From the NCBI GenBank assembly GCA_951406725.2, contig OX597814.1, positions 191,456,001 through 191,520,000 of the forward strand: a DNA stretch of 64,000 bases. Direction: 5' to 3'. A program made the position numbers and the translations under genes. Positions within the stretch are counted from its first letter, which is position 1. Every line of letters begins with the position of its first letter. Shown in pieces: positions 62,429 to 64,000 of the stretch. Origin of the DNA: Octopus vulgaris (taxonomy: Eukaryota). The notes under the pieces were generated by a model. The model was not told the origin of the DNA. It made no database searches and worked only from the letters and a program-made list of their open reading frames with translations.

Positions 62429-62676
62429 GTAAGTGTATTTTTATCATTATTGTTATTAATTCAGGCAGTGAGCTGGCAGAATCATTAGCATGGTGGGCAA
62501 AATTCTTAGTGGCATTTTGTCCATCTTCACATTATGAGTTCAAATTCTGCCAAGTTTGACTTTGTCGTTTATCCCTTCGGGGTTAGTAAATTATTTACCA
62601 GCTGAACACTTTTGTCGATGTAATTGACTTACCCCGTCCCCTGAAATTGCTGGCTTTGTGCCAAAATTTGAAATCA

Positions 62677-63042
62677 TTACCTCCACCTTAGCGAAGGCGG
62701 AGGTATTATTTTCAGTGGTGTTTGTTTGTTTGTCTCTGGACAAGATATCCCAAGAACTGCTGGATAGATTCAAATGAAATTTTCTGGGATGTTTGGCCCC
62801 ATGACAGGCACGAACTGATCAGATTTTGGAATTGATCCGGTACTGGACAAGGATTCTGGATTATTTTTCCTGATTTTTTTTTTACTTAATTTTTGAGAGC
62901 AGTCAGGTTCATTTTTAGTACTCTCATTTGTGAGAGCAATTGAGTTTATTTCAGATATTCTCATTTTAAAAATTATCTTCAGCTAATCATTGAGAGGATG
63001 TCGGTGTTGCCTTGCCTGAGGTTTGCCCTCTCTGAGTGCTCC
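62677..63042 (+). mobile_element. Helentron-associated (HINE/DINE-1-like) non-autonomous element
   Basis: 5' ttACCTCCACCTT-agcg-AAGGCGGAGGT hairpin, (GTTT)n core, 3' subTIR (gcctgaggt) and short terminal stem-loop. Confidence 0.65.
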
Positions 63043-63858
63043 TGTTATTATTGTTATTATTAAGGTGATGAGCTGGCAGAATTGTTAGCTTATAAGGAAA
63101 AATGCTTAGTAGCATTTCCTCTTGCTTTTTACACGGAGTTCAAATTCCACTGAGGTTGACCTAGCCTTTTATCCTTTCGGGATTGATAAAATAAAGTACA
63201 AGGTGGGTGCTGCAGTTGATGTAATTGACCACAAATCTCAGGCCTTGCACCTATAGTAGAAAGGATTATTATTGCTATTATTATTATTATTATTATTGAG
63301 TGAGAGAGCAGTACATGCCATCAAGGTGACCCTGGGGTAAAGTATACGAAGCCCAGTATACCCATCATGACTACCTGTCTGATAAGGGTACACTAGGCAC
63401 ATGCATCACAACCATATGTGTGCGAAATGGTGATCTCATATCAAGATAAACAGCACATGACCTTGCAGGTGGGGCCCAGTTAGAATTTTCTTCTGGTTGA
63501 GTAACTCATCCCACTCAAAAGGTCCCTGAATAAGGGTTGTTTAAGGATGTTGAACGAAACACCCATGTTTCCAGAGGTGAATTATTCAAACCCCAAAGAA
63601 TCCCTCTCAACACATGGCTATGATGCTCCCCCACTACTTCTGCTCGTGATCAGAGATGCATATATTATCACCCACTAAGGGACATGCTCAACTGGTTATG
63701 GTCAAACAACTGACAAGCAAATCTGTGGTAGTGAGCAGAATATTTGCAGTAGCCCATCTTTTATACCAAGGCAAAACAATGTACATGATAACACTTTCAA
63801 TCAGTTAAGATCAGGAGCCATGAGAGCCACTGTCTGGTACTGCATCAGGGCATCTATT

Positions 63859-63889
<31 letters not shown>

Positions 63890-64000
63890 TTTGTTTGTTA
63901 GACAGCAAGCTGGTAGAATCATTAGAGCTTCAGGCAGAATGTCTTGTGTATCTCTTCTGACTCTTTATGCTCTGGGTTCAATTCACATTTGAGTCAACTT

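Overview
AT-rich, repeat-dense metazoan genomic DNA, most likely an octopus (coleoid cephalopod), inferred from the tRNA-derived SINE families, RTE remnants and very long (TA)n/(CA)n microsatellites. Two conserved genes point away from each other. On the minus strand is the first coding exon of TEX10/Ipi1 (1619-1816). On the plus strand are 11 coding exons of the DEAD-box helicase DDX42 (38388-62428), all GT-AG and phase-consistent; the gene continues past the window end. The rest is mostly transposable elements: a young Penelope-like element (RT + GIY-YIG) in a DDX42 intron bracketed by hammerhead-ribozyme-like repeats, CRE-clade non-LTR copies (one nested in a hAT-like element), a Merlin/ISXO2-like element with TIRs, RTE LINE remnants, non-autonomous Helitrons, a Helentron-type element, mariner- and piggyBac-type MITEs, about five SINE-like families and a 36-bp minisatellite. 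I see no convincing wholly new multi-gene system. The best leads are a tRNA-headed element fused to a hammerhead-like motif, sense-strand hammerheads inside the DDX42 intron, a DDX42 N-terminal extension, and an unexplained minus-strand spliced unit at 21-24 kb. Family assignments come from motif recognition by eye; no database searches were run.
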